Positions 18,417 to 29,674 of a DNA stretch of 64,000 nt are shown in pieces. The notes under the pieces were generated by a model. It was given only the letters and a program-made list of their open reading frames with translations. It was not told the origin of the DNA and ran no database searches. Position 1 is the stretch's first letter; every line of letters begins with the position of its first letter. This DNA is from Opitutus sp. (GTDB taxonomy: Bacteria > Verrucomicrobiota > Verrucomicrobiia > Opitutales > Opitutaceae), in the NCBI GenBank assembly GCA_025361365.1, contig JANYAM010000218.1:1642-65641 (forward strand), given 5' to 3'. The position numbers and the translations under genes are program-made.

Positions 18417-18497
18417 AATCGCGGAAACGCGGAAGAGCGGAGATACGGACAGCGCCTGGCTGTTTCTGCGCTTCCGCTCTTTCGCGCTTCCGCGATT
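18417..18497 (+). repeat. Operon-distal word-built hairpin (GCGGAA words)
   Basis: AATCGCGGAAACGCGGAAGAGCGGAGATACGGACAGC, loop gcctg, then GCTGTTTCTGCGCTTCCGCTCTTTCGCGCTTCCGCGATT. Confidence 0.6.
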
Positions 18498-18568
18498 TCC
18501 CCCTCTGACTGTCCGTTAACTGTTCCGTTGCCGCGCCGCACCCGGCCCGCAAGCTGGCCGGACCCCTT

Positions 18569-21181
18569 ATGAAGACCCCGCGTGCTTTTGTTGCCCTGCT
18601 GAGCTGTATCATTTTTTCCAGCGCGTTGCGCGCGGCCGAGGCCACCGACCTCGCGTGGCCCAGGCTCACCCGCGAGAACAAACCCTGGGCCCGCTGGTGG
18701 TGGCTCGGCTCCGCGGTGGACAAACCCAACCTGACCCGCGAGCTCGAGGCGATCGCCGGCGCCGGCTTCGGTGGCGTCGAGATCACGCCCATCTACGGCG
18801 CCAAGGGCTACGAGGAGCGCTTCATCCCGTTTCTCTCCCCGAAATATCTGGAGATGCTCGCACACACCGGCGCCGAGGCCAAGCGCTTGGGGCTGGGCGT
18901 GGACATGGCCACCGGCACCGGCTGGCCGTTCGGCGGTGCCCAAGTCACCGACGAAGACGCGGAGTTGAAGCTCGCCTTCGGCCCGGACGGAAAAATCGCG
19001 CCCGTCCCGACCAAGTTCAAGGTGAAGCGCTCCGCCCCGGGCGGCGAAGGCTGGGTGCTCAATCCCTACTCGGCCACGGCGCTCTCCCATTACCTCGCGC
19101 CTTTCACCACGGCGCTTTCTACCCTCCCGAAGGGCACGCTCAACGGCCAGTTCCACGACTCCTTCGAATATCAGGCGACGTGGGCGCGAGAGGTGCCGGA
19201 GAAATTCAAAGCCCTCCATGGTTATGATATTCTGGAACACGCCGCCGAGCTGAATGGCCAGGGTGATCCCGACACGGTCGCGCGCATCAAGGCCGACTAC
19301 CGCACCACGCTCGGCGCACTGCATCTCGACTACGTCAACGCCTGGGTCGCGTGGTCCCACTCGCTCGGACAGACCGCGCGCAACCAGGCCCACGGCTCGC
19401 CGGGCAACCTGCTCGATCTCTACGCGGCCGCCGACATTCCCGAGACGGAAATCTTCGGCTCGATCCCTTTCACCATTCCCGGCTTCCGTCGGGAGGCCGC
19501 TGAGATCGGCCGGCCGGGCCACCCGCCCATCATCCACCACTTCGCCTCGTCCGCCGCGCACGTCATGGGCAAGCCCTACGCGTCGTCCGAGACCTTCACC
19601 TGGTTGCGCGAGCATTTTCACGAGTCGCCGTCCGAGATGAAGCCCGAGCTCGACGCGCTCTTCCTCGCCGGCATCAATCACGTCTTCTACCACGGCGATG
19701 CCTACTCGCCCGAGGACGCCCCGTGGCCGGGCTGGCTGTTCTATGCCTCGTCGCAGATCAACACCCGCAACCCGCTCTGGCGCGACCTCGGCGACAGCCT
19801 CAACGCCTACATCGGCCGCGCCCAGTCGCTGCTGCAGGCCGGCAAGCCCGACAACGACCTGCTCGTCTACTGGCCGGCTGACGACCTCTGGCACAACCCC
19901 GAGGGCCAGATGATCCAGCTCACGGTCCACGCCAGCTGGCTCGAGGCTTCGGCTACCGGCAAATTGATGAACGATCTGACGGCAGCGGGATATTCTTACG
20001 ATCTCATCTCGGATGCACAGCTTCAACTGATCCATTTTGAGGATCACGCACTAAAAACTCCGGGCGGTTCATACGGAGCGATTGTTGTCCCAAAAACCGA
20101 ACACATGTCGCTAGAAACCCTGCAACGATTGCTCGCTTTGGCCAATGACGGTGCAGCGGTAATGTTTATCGATTTACTACCGGCCGATGTTCCGGGCTTT
20201 GGCGCACTGGAGTCACGGCGTGCCACGTTCCAAGCGGAATTAGCCCGCCTGAAGTGGAAAACCGTTAATCAAGGTTCGATCAAGCGCGTGGCCGACGTCG
20301 GGCGGGACGGCGTGGTCTTGATCGAGAATGCGGGGACTTACTTCAAAACCGGCACGGCCAAGCAACGTGAAACGATGACTGATTCCGGCCTCAGCTTCAT
20401 CCGCCGGCGCAACGACGATGGCTACACTTATTTCATCGCCAATCAATCGGCTCAACCCTTCGAAGGCTGGGTGCCGCTGAGCCGTCCCGCGCAAGCCGCC
20501 GTGCAAATGAATCCCCGTCGAGGCGGGGCGGGCGTGGCCGCCGTGCGCCAGCGCAACGGCGTGGCCGAGGTGTTCATCCAGCAGGCTCCGGGCGAATCCT
20601 TCTTCATCAAAACCCTGACCGCCCGCGCGGCCATCGGCAACGCTTCACGCTACACGCATCCTGCCGGAGAAGCCGTCGTGTTCGACGGTGACTGGAAAGT
20701 CACAGCGACCAAGGGCGGGCCTGAGCTTCCGCCAGCGTTCACGCAACACGGTTTTGGTTCCTGGACCGCGCAGGGCGGCGAGTGGGAACGCTTCGGCGGC
20801 ACGGCGCGCTACGAAATCGAGTTTACCCTGCCTGCCGGGGCGAAAGCCGACGACTGGCTGCTCGACCTCGGTGATGTGCGTGAGACGGCCCGCGTCTTCG
20901 TCAACGGCACGGAGACTGACCTCGTCTGGTCGCTCCCGATGCGGACGAAGATCGGCTCCTTCCTCAAGCCCGGCAAAAACACCCTCGCCCTCGAGGTGAC
21001 CAACCTTGCCGCCAACCGCATCCGCGACCTCGACCGGCGCAAGGTCGAGTGGAAGAAATTCCACGAGATCAACTTCGTGAACGTCTTCTACCAGCGCTTC
21101 GACGCATCCAACTGGCCCCTGCAGCCCTCCGGCCTCCTCGGCCCAGTAAAGCTAGTGCCGCTGCAGGGGTTCACGCCTTAG
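18569..21181 (+). CDS. Secreted glycoside hydrolase, GH106 (alpha-L-rhamnosidase)-like, with a C-terminal GH2-type sugar-binding-like domain
   Basis: Signal peptide. NKPWARWWWLGSAVD...GFGGVEITPIYG N-terminal pattern and C-terminal LDLGDVRETARVFVNGTE...GKNTLALEVTNLAANRIRDL, as I recall for this family. Family assignment not verified. Confidence 0.55.
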   Translation: MKTPRAFVALLSCIIFSSALRAAEATDLAWPRLTRENKPWARWWWLGSAVDKPNLTRELEAIAGAGFGGVEITPIYGAKGYEERFIPFLSPKYLEMLAHTGAEAKRLGLGVDMATGTGWPFGGAQVTDEDAELKLAFGPDGKIAPVPTKFKVKRSAPGGEGWVLNPYSATALSHYLAPFTTALSTLPKGTLNGQFHDSFEYQATWAREVPEKFKALHGYDILEHAAELNGQGDPDTVARIKADYRTTLGALHLDYVNAWVAWSHSLGQTARNQAHGSPGNLLDLYAAADIPETEIFGSIPFTIPGFRREAAEIGRPGHPPIIHHFASSAAHVMGKPYASSETFTWLREHFHESPSEMKPELDALFLAGINHVFYHGDAYSPEDAPWPGWLFYASSQINTRNPLWRDLGDSLNAYIGRAQSLLQAGKPDNDLLVYWPADDLWHNPEGQMIQLTVHASWLEASATGKLMNDLTAAGYSYDLISDAQLQLIHFEDHALKTPGGSYGAIVVPKTEHMSLETLQRLLALANDGAAVMFIDLLPADVPGFGALESRRATFQAELARLKWKTVNQGSIKRVADVGRDGVVLIENAGTYFKTGTAKQRETMTDSGLSFIRRRNDDGYTYFIANQSAQPFEGWVPLSRPAQAAVQMNPRRGGAGVAAVRQRNGVAEVFIQQAPGESFFIKTLTARAAIGNASRYTHPAGEAVVFDGDWKVTATKGGPELPPAFTQHGFGSWTAQGGEWERFGGTARYEIEFTLPAGAKADDWLLDLGDVRETARVFVNGTETDLVWSLPMRTKIGSFLKPGKNTLALEVTNLAANRIRDLDRRKVEWKKFHEINFVNVFYQRFDASNWPLQPSGLLGPVKLVPLQGFTP

Positions 21182-21186
21182 TTTTT

Positions 21187-21238
21187 TGGAGGGCCGGTCT
21201 CCTGACCGGCCGCGATCGGCCGGGAGGCCGACCCTCCA
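21187..21238. repeat. REP-like doublet, TGGAGGG-headed class
   Basis: TGGAGGGCCGGTCTCCTGACCGGCC...GGCCGGGAGGCCGACCCTCCA, immediately after the hydrolase stop codon. Confidence 0.45.
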
Positions 21239-21281
21239 TTCCGGCCCTTGCGAAACGCGGCCGGCCGGCTAAGGTGCCGTC

Positions 21282-21998
21282 ATGATCCGCCGCATTATTC
21301 TCCCCCTCGCCGGGTTGCTCGCCGTGTCAGCCGCGGCGGTGACCGTCGACGTCAATCTCCCCTACAAGGAGCTGCGCCTGAAGGACGGCATGGTTTTCAC
21401 CGATGTCTCGGTCCGCAGCGTGAACACTTCCGCCGGCACCGTCATGCTGGCGGTCAACAAGGACCTCGTCAGCGTGCGCACCTCGATGCTGCCGGATGAG
21501 GTCGTCGCCCGCCTGAAGGGCATGACCCCGGCGCAAACCAGCGAGGAGCAGGAGGCCGAGAAGCAGCAGGAGGCCGCTGACCGCAAGAAGGCCGTGGAAA
21601 ACGCCGAGCGCCGGCAACGGCTGGCTGAGGAAGACGCCCAGGCCGCCCGCGCCGCCAACCGCACCCTCAACGTGAAGGCCGCCGCCGACAGCGCGGCCAA
21701 GACCGAGGCGATTCCCTCGGAGGTGGCCAAGTTCGCCGAGGATCGCGCCCGGGCCTACTTCCGTTACCAGAGCGACCCGCACTCGAACATCGGCGCGGTG
21801 GTCAGCTCGGACGTCTATCTCGACAACCCCGAGCCCGTGCCCGGCTGGGGCGGACGTTTCCGGGTCGAGGGCGTCGCCTACCGCCAGTTCATCAACAACC
21901 AGTCGAGCGGCTTCGGCCGTTCCGGCCAGGAGTTCGAGATGCTGATCCAGACCCACGAGACCAAGAAGCCCGAGATCATCGAAATCCGGATCAAATAA
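21282..21998 (+). CDS. Secreted hypothetical protein with a central charged coiled-coil
   Basis: Signal peptide MIRRIILPLAGLLAVSAAA. EEQEAEKQQEAADRKKAVENAERRQRLAEEDAQAA segment. No family recognised. Confidence 0.5.
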   Translation: MIRRIILPLAGLLAVSAAAVTVDVNLPYKELRLKDGMVFTDVSVRSVNTSAGTVMLAVNKDLVSVRTSMLPDEVVARLKGMTPAQTSEEQEAEKQQEAADRKKAVENAERRQRLAEEDAQAARAANRTLNVKAAADSAAKTEAIPSEVAKFAEDRARAYFRYQSDPHSNIGAVVSSDVYLDNPEPVPGWGGRFRVEGVAYRQFINNQSSGFGRSGQEFEMLIQTHETKKPEIIEIRIK

Positions 21999-22023
21999 CC
22001 CGCGCCACCCCTTGATTTTTTAC

Positions 22024-22051
22024 GGGCGGCCACTAAGTTGGCCGCCCTTTT
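22024..22051 (+). terminator. Rho-independent terminator
   Basis: GGGCGGCC-actaagtt-GGCCGCCC followed by TTTT. Confidence 0.6.
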
Positions 22052-22114
22052 CATTCTTGCCGCGCCGTAGCTCACCAGAGCGCAGGCGGGTCCCTCTCAC
22101 TCTCCACTTCCCTC

Positions 22115-23953
<1,839 letters not shown>

Positions 23954-23959
23954 TATCAG

Positions 23960-24011
23960 TGGAGGGCCGGCCTCCCGGCCGGCCGCGGCCCAGCTGGAGC
24001 TGGGCCCTCCA
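23960..24011. repeat. REP-like doublet, TGGAGGG-headed class
   Basis: TGGAGGGCCGGCCTCCCGGCCGGCC...GGCCCAGCTGGAGCTGGGCCCTCCA, between convergent htpG and the M3 peptidase gene. Confidence 0.45.
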
Positions 24012-24019
24012 GCGGTTGC

Positions 24020-26137
24020 TTACTTCTTGATGCCGACGTATTCGAGGTAGGGCTCCTGCGAGCGCGGGCGGCCGAGGAACTTCTCGACCGACTCGCCCAC
24101 ATCGCGGGTGTGGCCCACGCTGTAGACCTCGTCACGCAGCCGGCGGCCAACCTTCTCGTCGAGAAAGCCGCCCGGGGCCTTCTTGAACTCGCTGGCCATG
24201 TCGATCGCCATGACCTTGGCCCAGAGATAACCGTAATAGCCGGCGTCATAGCCGCCCGCGAGGTGGCCGAAATAGGCCACAAAGGCGGTGTCCTTCGGCG
24301 GGGCGACCGCCACGCGCGCGAGCACGGCGTTGGTGACGGTGACCACGTCCATCTTGGTCACCTCATCCGCTGGCACGGCATGCAGGGCGAGGTCAATCAG
24401 GCCGAGCGAGAGCTGGCGGCGGGTGGCATAACCCTCGGTCGCCTGGCGGGCGGCCACGAGGGCGGCGATGGTCTCGGCGGGAATCTTCCTGGCCGGGTCA
24501 CGGTAGTCGGCGGCGAAGGTGTCGAGCACGGCCTTGTCCCACACCCAGTTCTCCAGCATCTGGGAGGGCGCCTCCACGAAGTCCTGCGGCACGGCGAAGC
24601 CGGTCTGCGCCACGAAGCGCGAGCGGCTCATCATCCCGTGCATCACGTGGCCGAACTCGTGGAAGAGCGTGACGACGTCGGCCTGCTTGAGCAATGAGGG
24701 TTTGTCAGCGGAGGGCGCCGGGAAATTGCAGAGCAGCGCGGCGACCGGCAGGTCGTAGCGGCCGTCCGACAGCACGCCGCCCACCTTCTGCGGGAAGCAG
24801 GCGAAGTGGTTGAACTTCCCCTCGCGCGGGAACATGTCGAGGTAGAACGCCCCCATGGGCACGCCCGTGGCGGAGTCCTGCACGACGTAGAGCTGCACGC
24901 CGGGCGCCCAGACGTAGGGCGGCTGGACTGCGGTGAACTTCAAGCCGAAGATTTTCTGATAGATGGCGAACATGCCCTCGAGGGTCGCCTGGTAGGGGAA
25001 ATAGACGCGCAGTGCCTCGGTATCGACGGCATACTTCTCCTTGAGGAGCTGGTTGGTGTAGTAGGCGATGTCCCAGGGATCGAGTTGGGCGGCGGCCGCG
25101 CCGGTGCGCTTCGCCTTCAGCGCGCGAAGCGTCTCGAGCTCGGCGGCGAACTTCGGCTGCAGACCCAGGGTCAGCTCCTCCTCGAACTTGACCGCGGTCG
25201 CGCCAGTCTTGGCCATCTTGACCTCAGTCTGGTAGTCGGCCCAGGTCGCGTAACCCAGGCGGCGGCCGATGTCGCCGCGCAGCGCGGCGAGCTTGGCGAG
25301 GACGGGGACGTTGGTCTCGCGGGCCAGCGAGTTGCGGGCGACGTTCACCGCGCGGCGCGTCGCCGGGATTTCCGCGTTCTCGGCGATGGCGACGGCGTGC
25401 CAGGTGACGTTGGGCAGCACACGGTATTTCCCATCGGGCTGCTTCACGCCGGGGCTCTCGAGGAAGCTCGCCGGCACGCCGGCGAGCTCCGCCGCCGTGA
25501 AGTCGAGCGGGGCGCGGGCCTCGTTGATGTTGACGGCAAACTTGGTCTCGAGTGCGGCCAGGTCCTTGCGGCGCTGCTCCACCTCGGTGCGGGCGGCGAC
25601 CGGCAGCGCCAGGCCGGCGCGGCGGTAGGTGCGCATCTGCTCGTCGACGAGGCGCTGCTCCTGGGCATCGAGCTTCGGCTTGGTGTCGGCATAGGCCTTG
25701 AGCGGGCGGTAGAGGTCGGCTCGGTAGTCGAGCCCGACGCTCCATTCCTGCAGCTTGACCTTCACCTCGTTCGCCATGTCGCGCATGGGCTGGTCCAACG
25801 CCGACTCGGCCACGGTGCTAACCACTGCGAAGACGTTGCCTACCTGGGCGGTGATGGCGTCGTAGCTGGCGAAGGTGTTCGCGAAGGTGAGCTTGGCGGG
25901 GTCCTGGGCCGCGAGCTCCGCCAGGGCGGCATCGGCGGTCTTGATGGCGTCGTCCGCCTGGGCCTTCAGCTCGGCCGGGGTGGTGGGATAGATCGGCAGC
26001 AGGAGTTGGAGATGCTGGGCGGCCGCCTGGGCTTGGAAGTCGGCAAGGTCGGCGGGCTTGGCCCAGCCGTTGGTCAATAGAACGGCGGGCCACACCAGAC
26101 ACAGGGCGGGACGGAGGAGACGGGAGGGGAATGACAT
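24020..26137 (-). CDS. M3-family zinc metallopeptidase (Dcp/oligopeptidase A-like), secreted
   Basis: HEFGH zinc motif (TLFHEFGHVMHGM) and an N-terminal signal peptide. Confidence 0.85.
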   Translation of the reverse strand: MSFPSRLLRPALCLVWPAVLLTNGWAKPADLADFQAQAAAQHLQLLLPIYPTTPAELKAQADDAIKTADAALAELAAQDPAKLTFANTFASYDAITAQVGNVFAVVSTVAESALDQPMRDMANEVKVKLQEWSVGLDYRADLYRPLKAYADTKPKLDAQEQRLVDEQMRTYRRAGLALPVAARTEVEQRRKDLAALETKFAVNINEARAPLDFTAAELAGVPASFLESPGVKQPDGKYRVLPNVTWHAVAIAENAEIPATRRAVNVARNSLARETNVPVLAKLAALRGDIGRRLGYATWADYQTEVKMAKTGATAVKFEEELTLGLQPKFAAELETLRALKAKRTGAAAAQLDPWDIAYYTNQLLKEKYAVDTEALRVYFPYQATLEGMFAIYQKIFGLKFTAVQPPYVWAPGVQLYVVQDSATGVPMGAFYLDMFPREGKFNHFACFPQKVGGVLSDGRYDLPVAALLCNFPAPSADKPSLLKQADVVTLFHEFGHVMHGMMSRSRFVAQTGFAVPQDFVEAPSQMLENWVWDKAVLDTFAADYRDPARKIPAETIAALVAARQATEGYATRRQLSLGLIDLALHAVPADEVTKMDVVTVTNAVLARVAVAPPKDTAFVAYFGHLAGGYDAGYYGYLWAKVMAIDMASEFKKAPGGFLDEKVGRRLRDEVYSVGHTRDVGESVEKFLGRPRSQEPYLEYVGIKK

Positions 26138-26221
26138 AGGGGGAATGATTACCCTCAGGCTACGTTCCGCCCCACCGACGGCTCAACCCCTAAACGGCCG
26201 GCCGCACCTGCCCGCGACAAG

Positions 26222-26560
26222 CTACATCGGCGGCCGGCTGCCGTGCTCCTCAATCTCCGTCTCGAAAATCCGCTGCAACCGGTGCGTGGAAACGCGCAGC
26301 CGCAGCACGCTGCGCAGCAGCCCGCGGTTGTGGGGATGATAGTGAAACTCCGCCGCCTCGTTGCGAAAATCGCGCCGGTTCCGCAGCTCGCCCACGCCGC
26401 GCACAAATTCAAAGTCCGGCGACGTGTAGTCCCGGTTCAAGCCCAGCAGCCAATAGAACGGCTTCGCATGTCGGTGCAGGCTGCGATCCACCACATCCCG
26501 CTCGAACGCATCCAAGGGGATGCGATGCTGCGTGCAGTAGAGTTCGCGAAAGTTCTTCAA
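26222..26560 (-). CDS. Hypothetical protein
   Basis: 112-aa ORF with normal local codon bias. No motif recognised. Confidence 0.4.
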   Translation of the reverse strand: MKNFRELYCTQHRIPLDAFERDVVDRSLHRHAKPFYWLLGLNRDYTSPDFEFVRGVGELRNRRDFRNEAAEFHYHPHNRGLLRSVLRLRVSTHRLQRIFETEIEEHGSRPPM

Positions 26561-26716
26561 GATCCGTGGTAGTTAAAGCAGGAAAAGTGGCGCGAGAAAC
26601 GCGACCGGCAACGCAGGAAAGTCCCTATTAAGCATCGGGGGGTGTTACATTAATGCCAGTTGCTGGCGGCAGGTTGATTCCGCCCCGGAATACCGGGCGC
26701 TCGCCCAGAGGGCCGC

Positions 26717-26965
26717 ATGCCCCACTACGCCAAGGCTACATGGGGCACCCTTCGCACGGTGTTCGTCCTGCCGGCAAATGGGCCCCGCAGACGGACAGTG
26801 GCCGTGCCACCCGAAGCTCCACAGGAGCGAAGGGTGGCGGAGAGGGAGGGATTCGAGCTGGCCACCTACCTAGCCTTCTCCTCAAAACGTCAGGCTCTCG
26901 CATTCGAAAGCTACTTAAAGACCGGATCCGGCTACGCTTTTTCGCGCAAACGCCCTTGGCCCTAG
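26717..26965 (+). pseudogene. Degenerate GIY-YIG-like ORF
   Basis: C-terminal half ELATYLAFSSKRQALAFESYLKTGSGYAFSRKR matches the small GIY-YIG nuclease family pattern (...FE.YLKSGSG.AF..K). In the N-terminal half, TVFVL and RRRTVAV replace the expected YVYIL and YxG, and a segment seems deleted. Confidence 0.4.
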
Positions 26966-27024
26966 CGAGGTCTCCCGTATTGCCTTGGGAATAAGCCCCC
27001 GCAGACTGGTCTCGCACCCACCCC

Positions 27025-29082
27025 ATGCCTCCCAAACGCATTGTCATCATCGGCGGAGGCTTTGGCGGGGTGAAGTGCGCCCAGACCCTCCGCAGCCAGC
27101 TCCGCCCGGGCGACGCCGAGCTCATTCTCTTCAACAAGGAGAATCACCTGGTCTTCAGCCCGCTGCTGGCCGATGCCGTCGGCTCGTCACTGAGCCTCGA
27201 CGATGTCATCGTGCCCCTCCGCCAGCTCCTGCCGGGCGTCCAGTGCCGCACCGAGGAAGTCCGCAACGTGGATCTCGCCGGCAGCCGGATCGAATACGAG
27301 AGCCACGACGGCCAGCCGCGCCACCTCGACTACGACCACGTCATCCTCGCCTGCGGCAACATCTCCAACCTCAACGTCGTCCCGGGCATGGCCGACCACG
27401 CCTTCCCGCTGAAGACCGTCGGTGACGCCGCCGTCCTGCGCACCCATGTCCTTTCCTCGATGGAAAAGGCCGAGGTCTGCGACAACCCGGAGAAACGCCG
27501 CTGGTATCTCTCGTTCGTTGTCGTCGGCGGCGGCTATAGCGGCGTCGAGACCGCCGGCGAGATCAACGACCTCGTCCGCTCCAGCCTGCGCTTCTATTCC
27601 AACATCCGCGACGACGACGTCACCGTGACGCTCATCCACTCGCGCGACCAGCTGCTGCCCGAGATCAGCCCGCAGCTGCGCGAGTTTGCCCGGACGAAGA
27701 TGGAAAAGGCCGGCGTCACCATGAAGCTCAACGCCCGCGTCATGCTCGCCACCGGCGAGGGCGTGGGCCTGAAGGACGACTTCGTCCGCGGCGGCACCAT
27801 CGTGTGCACGATCGGCAGCACCATCGCGCCGGTCGTCGACCGGCTCGACACGCCGAAGGAGAAGGGCCGCATCCTGACCGACCCCGACATGCGCCTGCGC
27901 GGCCGGACCAACGCCTGGGCCATCGGCGACTGTGCGAGCATTCTCAACGCCCATGACAACCAGCCCTCGCCGCCCACCGGTCAGTTCGCCGAGCGCCAGG
28001 GCCGGCAGGTCGCGAACAACATCATCCGCACCCTCGCGGGCGAACCAACGCGCCCGTTCTCCTTCAAGGTGCTCGGCCAGCTTTGCTCCATCGGCGGCCA
28101 CAGCGCCGTGGCGGAGATGTTCGGCTTTAAACTCTCGGGCTTCCTCGCGTGGTTCACCTGGCGCGGGGTCTACCTCTTCAAGCTCCCGTCGCTCTCCCGC
28201 CGCATGCAGGTCGGCTTCGACTGGGCGTGGTTGCTGATCTTCCCGCGCGACCTGAGCTGTATCAAGACCGACGTCACCGAGCGCATCTCGCACGCGCACT
28301 ACGAGCCGGGCGACTACATCATCAAGCAGGGCGAGCCGCCGTCCGGCTTCTACGTCATCGAGCAGGGCGAGGTGGAGATCGTGCGCGCCCTCCCCGAGAA
28401 ACCCGCGGGCGAAGTCATCGCCACGCTCGGCACGGGCAACTTCTTCGGCGAGCAGGCGCTGATCAACAACAAGCCGCGCGGCGCCTCCGTCCGGGCCCGC
28501 ACCCCGGTCGAGGTCGTGGTCATGGGCCGCAACGTCTTCACCACCATCTCCAAGTCCCTCGCGCCGCTGCGCAGCGCGCTCACCGCCGCCATCACCCGCC
28601 GCTCCTCCGCGGCCTGGCAGGAGCGCCCGGCCGTGCTCGCCGCGTTGCGCGAGTTCAAGCTGGCCGACTTCATCGAGCCGGCCCCCGCCCCGCTGCTCAA
28701 GCCCACCGACTCGCTCTACGAGGTCACGCACCAGTTCGCGCGGCATCCGTCCGATTTCTTTTTCGTCTCCCCCGACGGCGCCACGCTCGTGGGCATGATC
28801 ACACTGACCGACCTGCTGCGCGCCCAGAGCAACGGCGTGAAGCCCGAGACCCCGCTCGCCGACTTCATGAAGAAGGACCCGACCATGCTCGCCGCCACGG
28901 ACAGCGCGCTGATCGCGGCGTCGGCCTTCCGCGAGCACGGGTTCAAGACCATCCCCGTCGTGGCCGACAAGACCGGCCGCCGCATCGTCGGCGTCGTCCG
29001 CGTCCGCAAGCTCATTGCCCGCGTCCTCGAGGTCGTGCCACCGCCGACCGGAATGACCGCGCCACCGCAACCGGGCACTTAG
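27025..29082 (+). CDS. NDH-2-type FAD/NAD(P)H oxidoreductase fused to a cyclic-nucleotide-binding domain and a CBS pair
   Basis: IVIIGGGFGGVKCA and VVVGGGYSGVETAGE dinucleotide folds, and WAIGDCA. Then the cNMP motif FFGEQALINNKPRGASVRA. Then two CBS-like repeats (VGMITLTDLLRA; VGVVRVRKLIARVL). Confidence 0.75.
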   Translation: MPPKRIVIIGGGFGGVKCAQTLRSQLRPGDAELILFNKENHLVFSPLLADAVGSSLSLDDVIVPLRQLLPGVQCRTEEVRNVDLAGSRIEYESHDGQPRHLDYDHVILACGNISNLNVVPGMADHAFPLKTVGDAAVLRTHVLSSMEKAEVCDNPEKRRWYLSFVVVGGGYSGVETAGEINDLVRSSLRFYSNIRDDDVTVTLIHSRDQLLPEISPQLREFARTKMEKAGVTMKLNARVMLATGEGVGLKDDFVRGGTIVCTIGSTIAPVVDRLDTPKEKGRILTDPDMRLRGRTNAWAIGDCASILNAHDNQPSPPTGQFAERQGRQVANNIIRTLAGEPTRPFSFKVLGQLCSIGGHSAVAEMFGFKLSGFLAWFTWRGVYLFKLPSLSRRMQVGFDWAWLLIFPRDLSCIKTDVTERISHAHYEPGDYIIKQGEPPSGFYVIEQGEVEIVRALPEKPAGEVIATLGTGNFFGEQALINNKPRGASVRARTPVEVVVMGRNVFTTISKSLAPLRSALTAAITRRSSAAWQERPAVLAALREFKLADFIEPAPAPLLKPTDSLYEVTHQFARHPSDFFFVSPDGATLVGMITLTDLLRAQSNGVKPETPLADFMKKDPTMLAATDSALIAASAFREHGFKTIPVVADKTGRRIVGVVRVRKLIARVLEVVPPPTGMTAPPQPGT

Positions 29083-29136
29083 GTAGGGCGGTGACTCCGC
29101 TCACCGCCGTGGCGCGGAACGGAGTCCGCGCCCTAC
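29083..29136. repeat. REP doublet
   Basis: GTAGGGCGGTGActccgcTCACCGCC followed by GGCGCGGAacggagTCCGCGCCCTAC, starting at the nucleotide after the NDH-2 fusion stop. Confidence 0.55.
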
Positions 29137-29205
29137 CTTATGTCCCGAAACTCTGTTTGCCAAACCGCCGCCCTGAAGTAGCTTCAACGCTTCACTTTCC
29201 GGCCG

Positions 29206-29661
29206 ATGCAAGACCTCACCGATCTCTACCAGTCCGTCATCCTGGACCATAACCGCCGCCCACGGAACCGCGGCAAGCTGCCCACGGCCAACCGCGTCGC
29301 CCACGGCGACAATCCCAGCTGCGGCGACCAGTGCACCGTCTACCTCCGGCTCGACGGCGACCGCATCGGCGACATTTCCTTCGAGGGTTCCGGCTGCGCG
29401 ATTTCGCAGGCCAGCTCCTCGCTCATGACCCTCAACCTCAAAGGCAAGACCGTCCCCGAGGCCGAGGCTATCTACGCCGACGTCCACAAGCTCGTCACCA
29501 CCGGCAAGGTGGATGAAAACAACCTGTCCGACCTAGCGGCGCTCGCGGGCGTCCATCAGTTTCCCGCCCGCATCAAGTGCGCCACGCTCGGCTGGCACGC
29601 CGCCCTCAACGCCGCCAAGGGCGATCCCATCACGGCCACCACCGAGACCCACAAGGACTGA
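29206..29661 (+). CDS. sufU: Fe-S cluster scaffold/sulfur acceptor, SufU type
   Basis: GDNPSCGD, GSGCAIS and ARIKCATLGW cysteine motifs. Confidence 0.85.
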   Translation: MQDLTDLYQSVILDHNRRPRNRGKLPTANRVAHGDNPSCGDQCTVYLRLDGDRIGDISFEGSGCAISQASSSLMTLNLKGKTVPEAEAIYADVHKLVTTGKVDENNLSDLAALAGVHQFPARIKCATLGWHAALNAAKGDPITATTETHKD

Positions 29662-29674
29662 AACATGCCTTGAA

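Noticed and set aside
22052-22114. Sigma-32 heat-shock promoter upstream of htpG
   Set aside because: A CTTGCC hexamer is present, but I could not find a convincing CCCCAT-type -10 element at the right spacing.
26835-26856. tRNA 3'-end-like string (reverse complement TCGAATCCCTCCCTCTCCGCCA), a possible att site or tRNA gene
   Set aside because: No matching T-stem 5' half, anticodon arm or acceptor 5' strand could be built on the minus strand. The string lies inside the GIY-YIG-like reading frame, so it is probably coincidental.
26600-26870. RNase P RNA-like snippets (CAGGAAAGTCCC; ...GCTCCACAGGAGCGAAGG...)
   Set aside because: No complementary P4 3' strand or GGUAAGAGC module is present nearby. 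A complete, foldable rnpB is present at 62092-62503.
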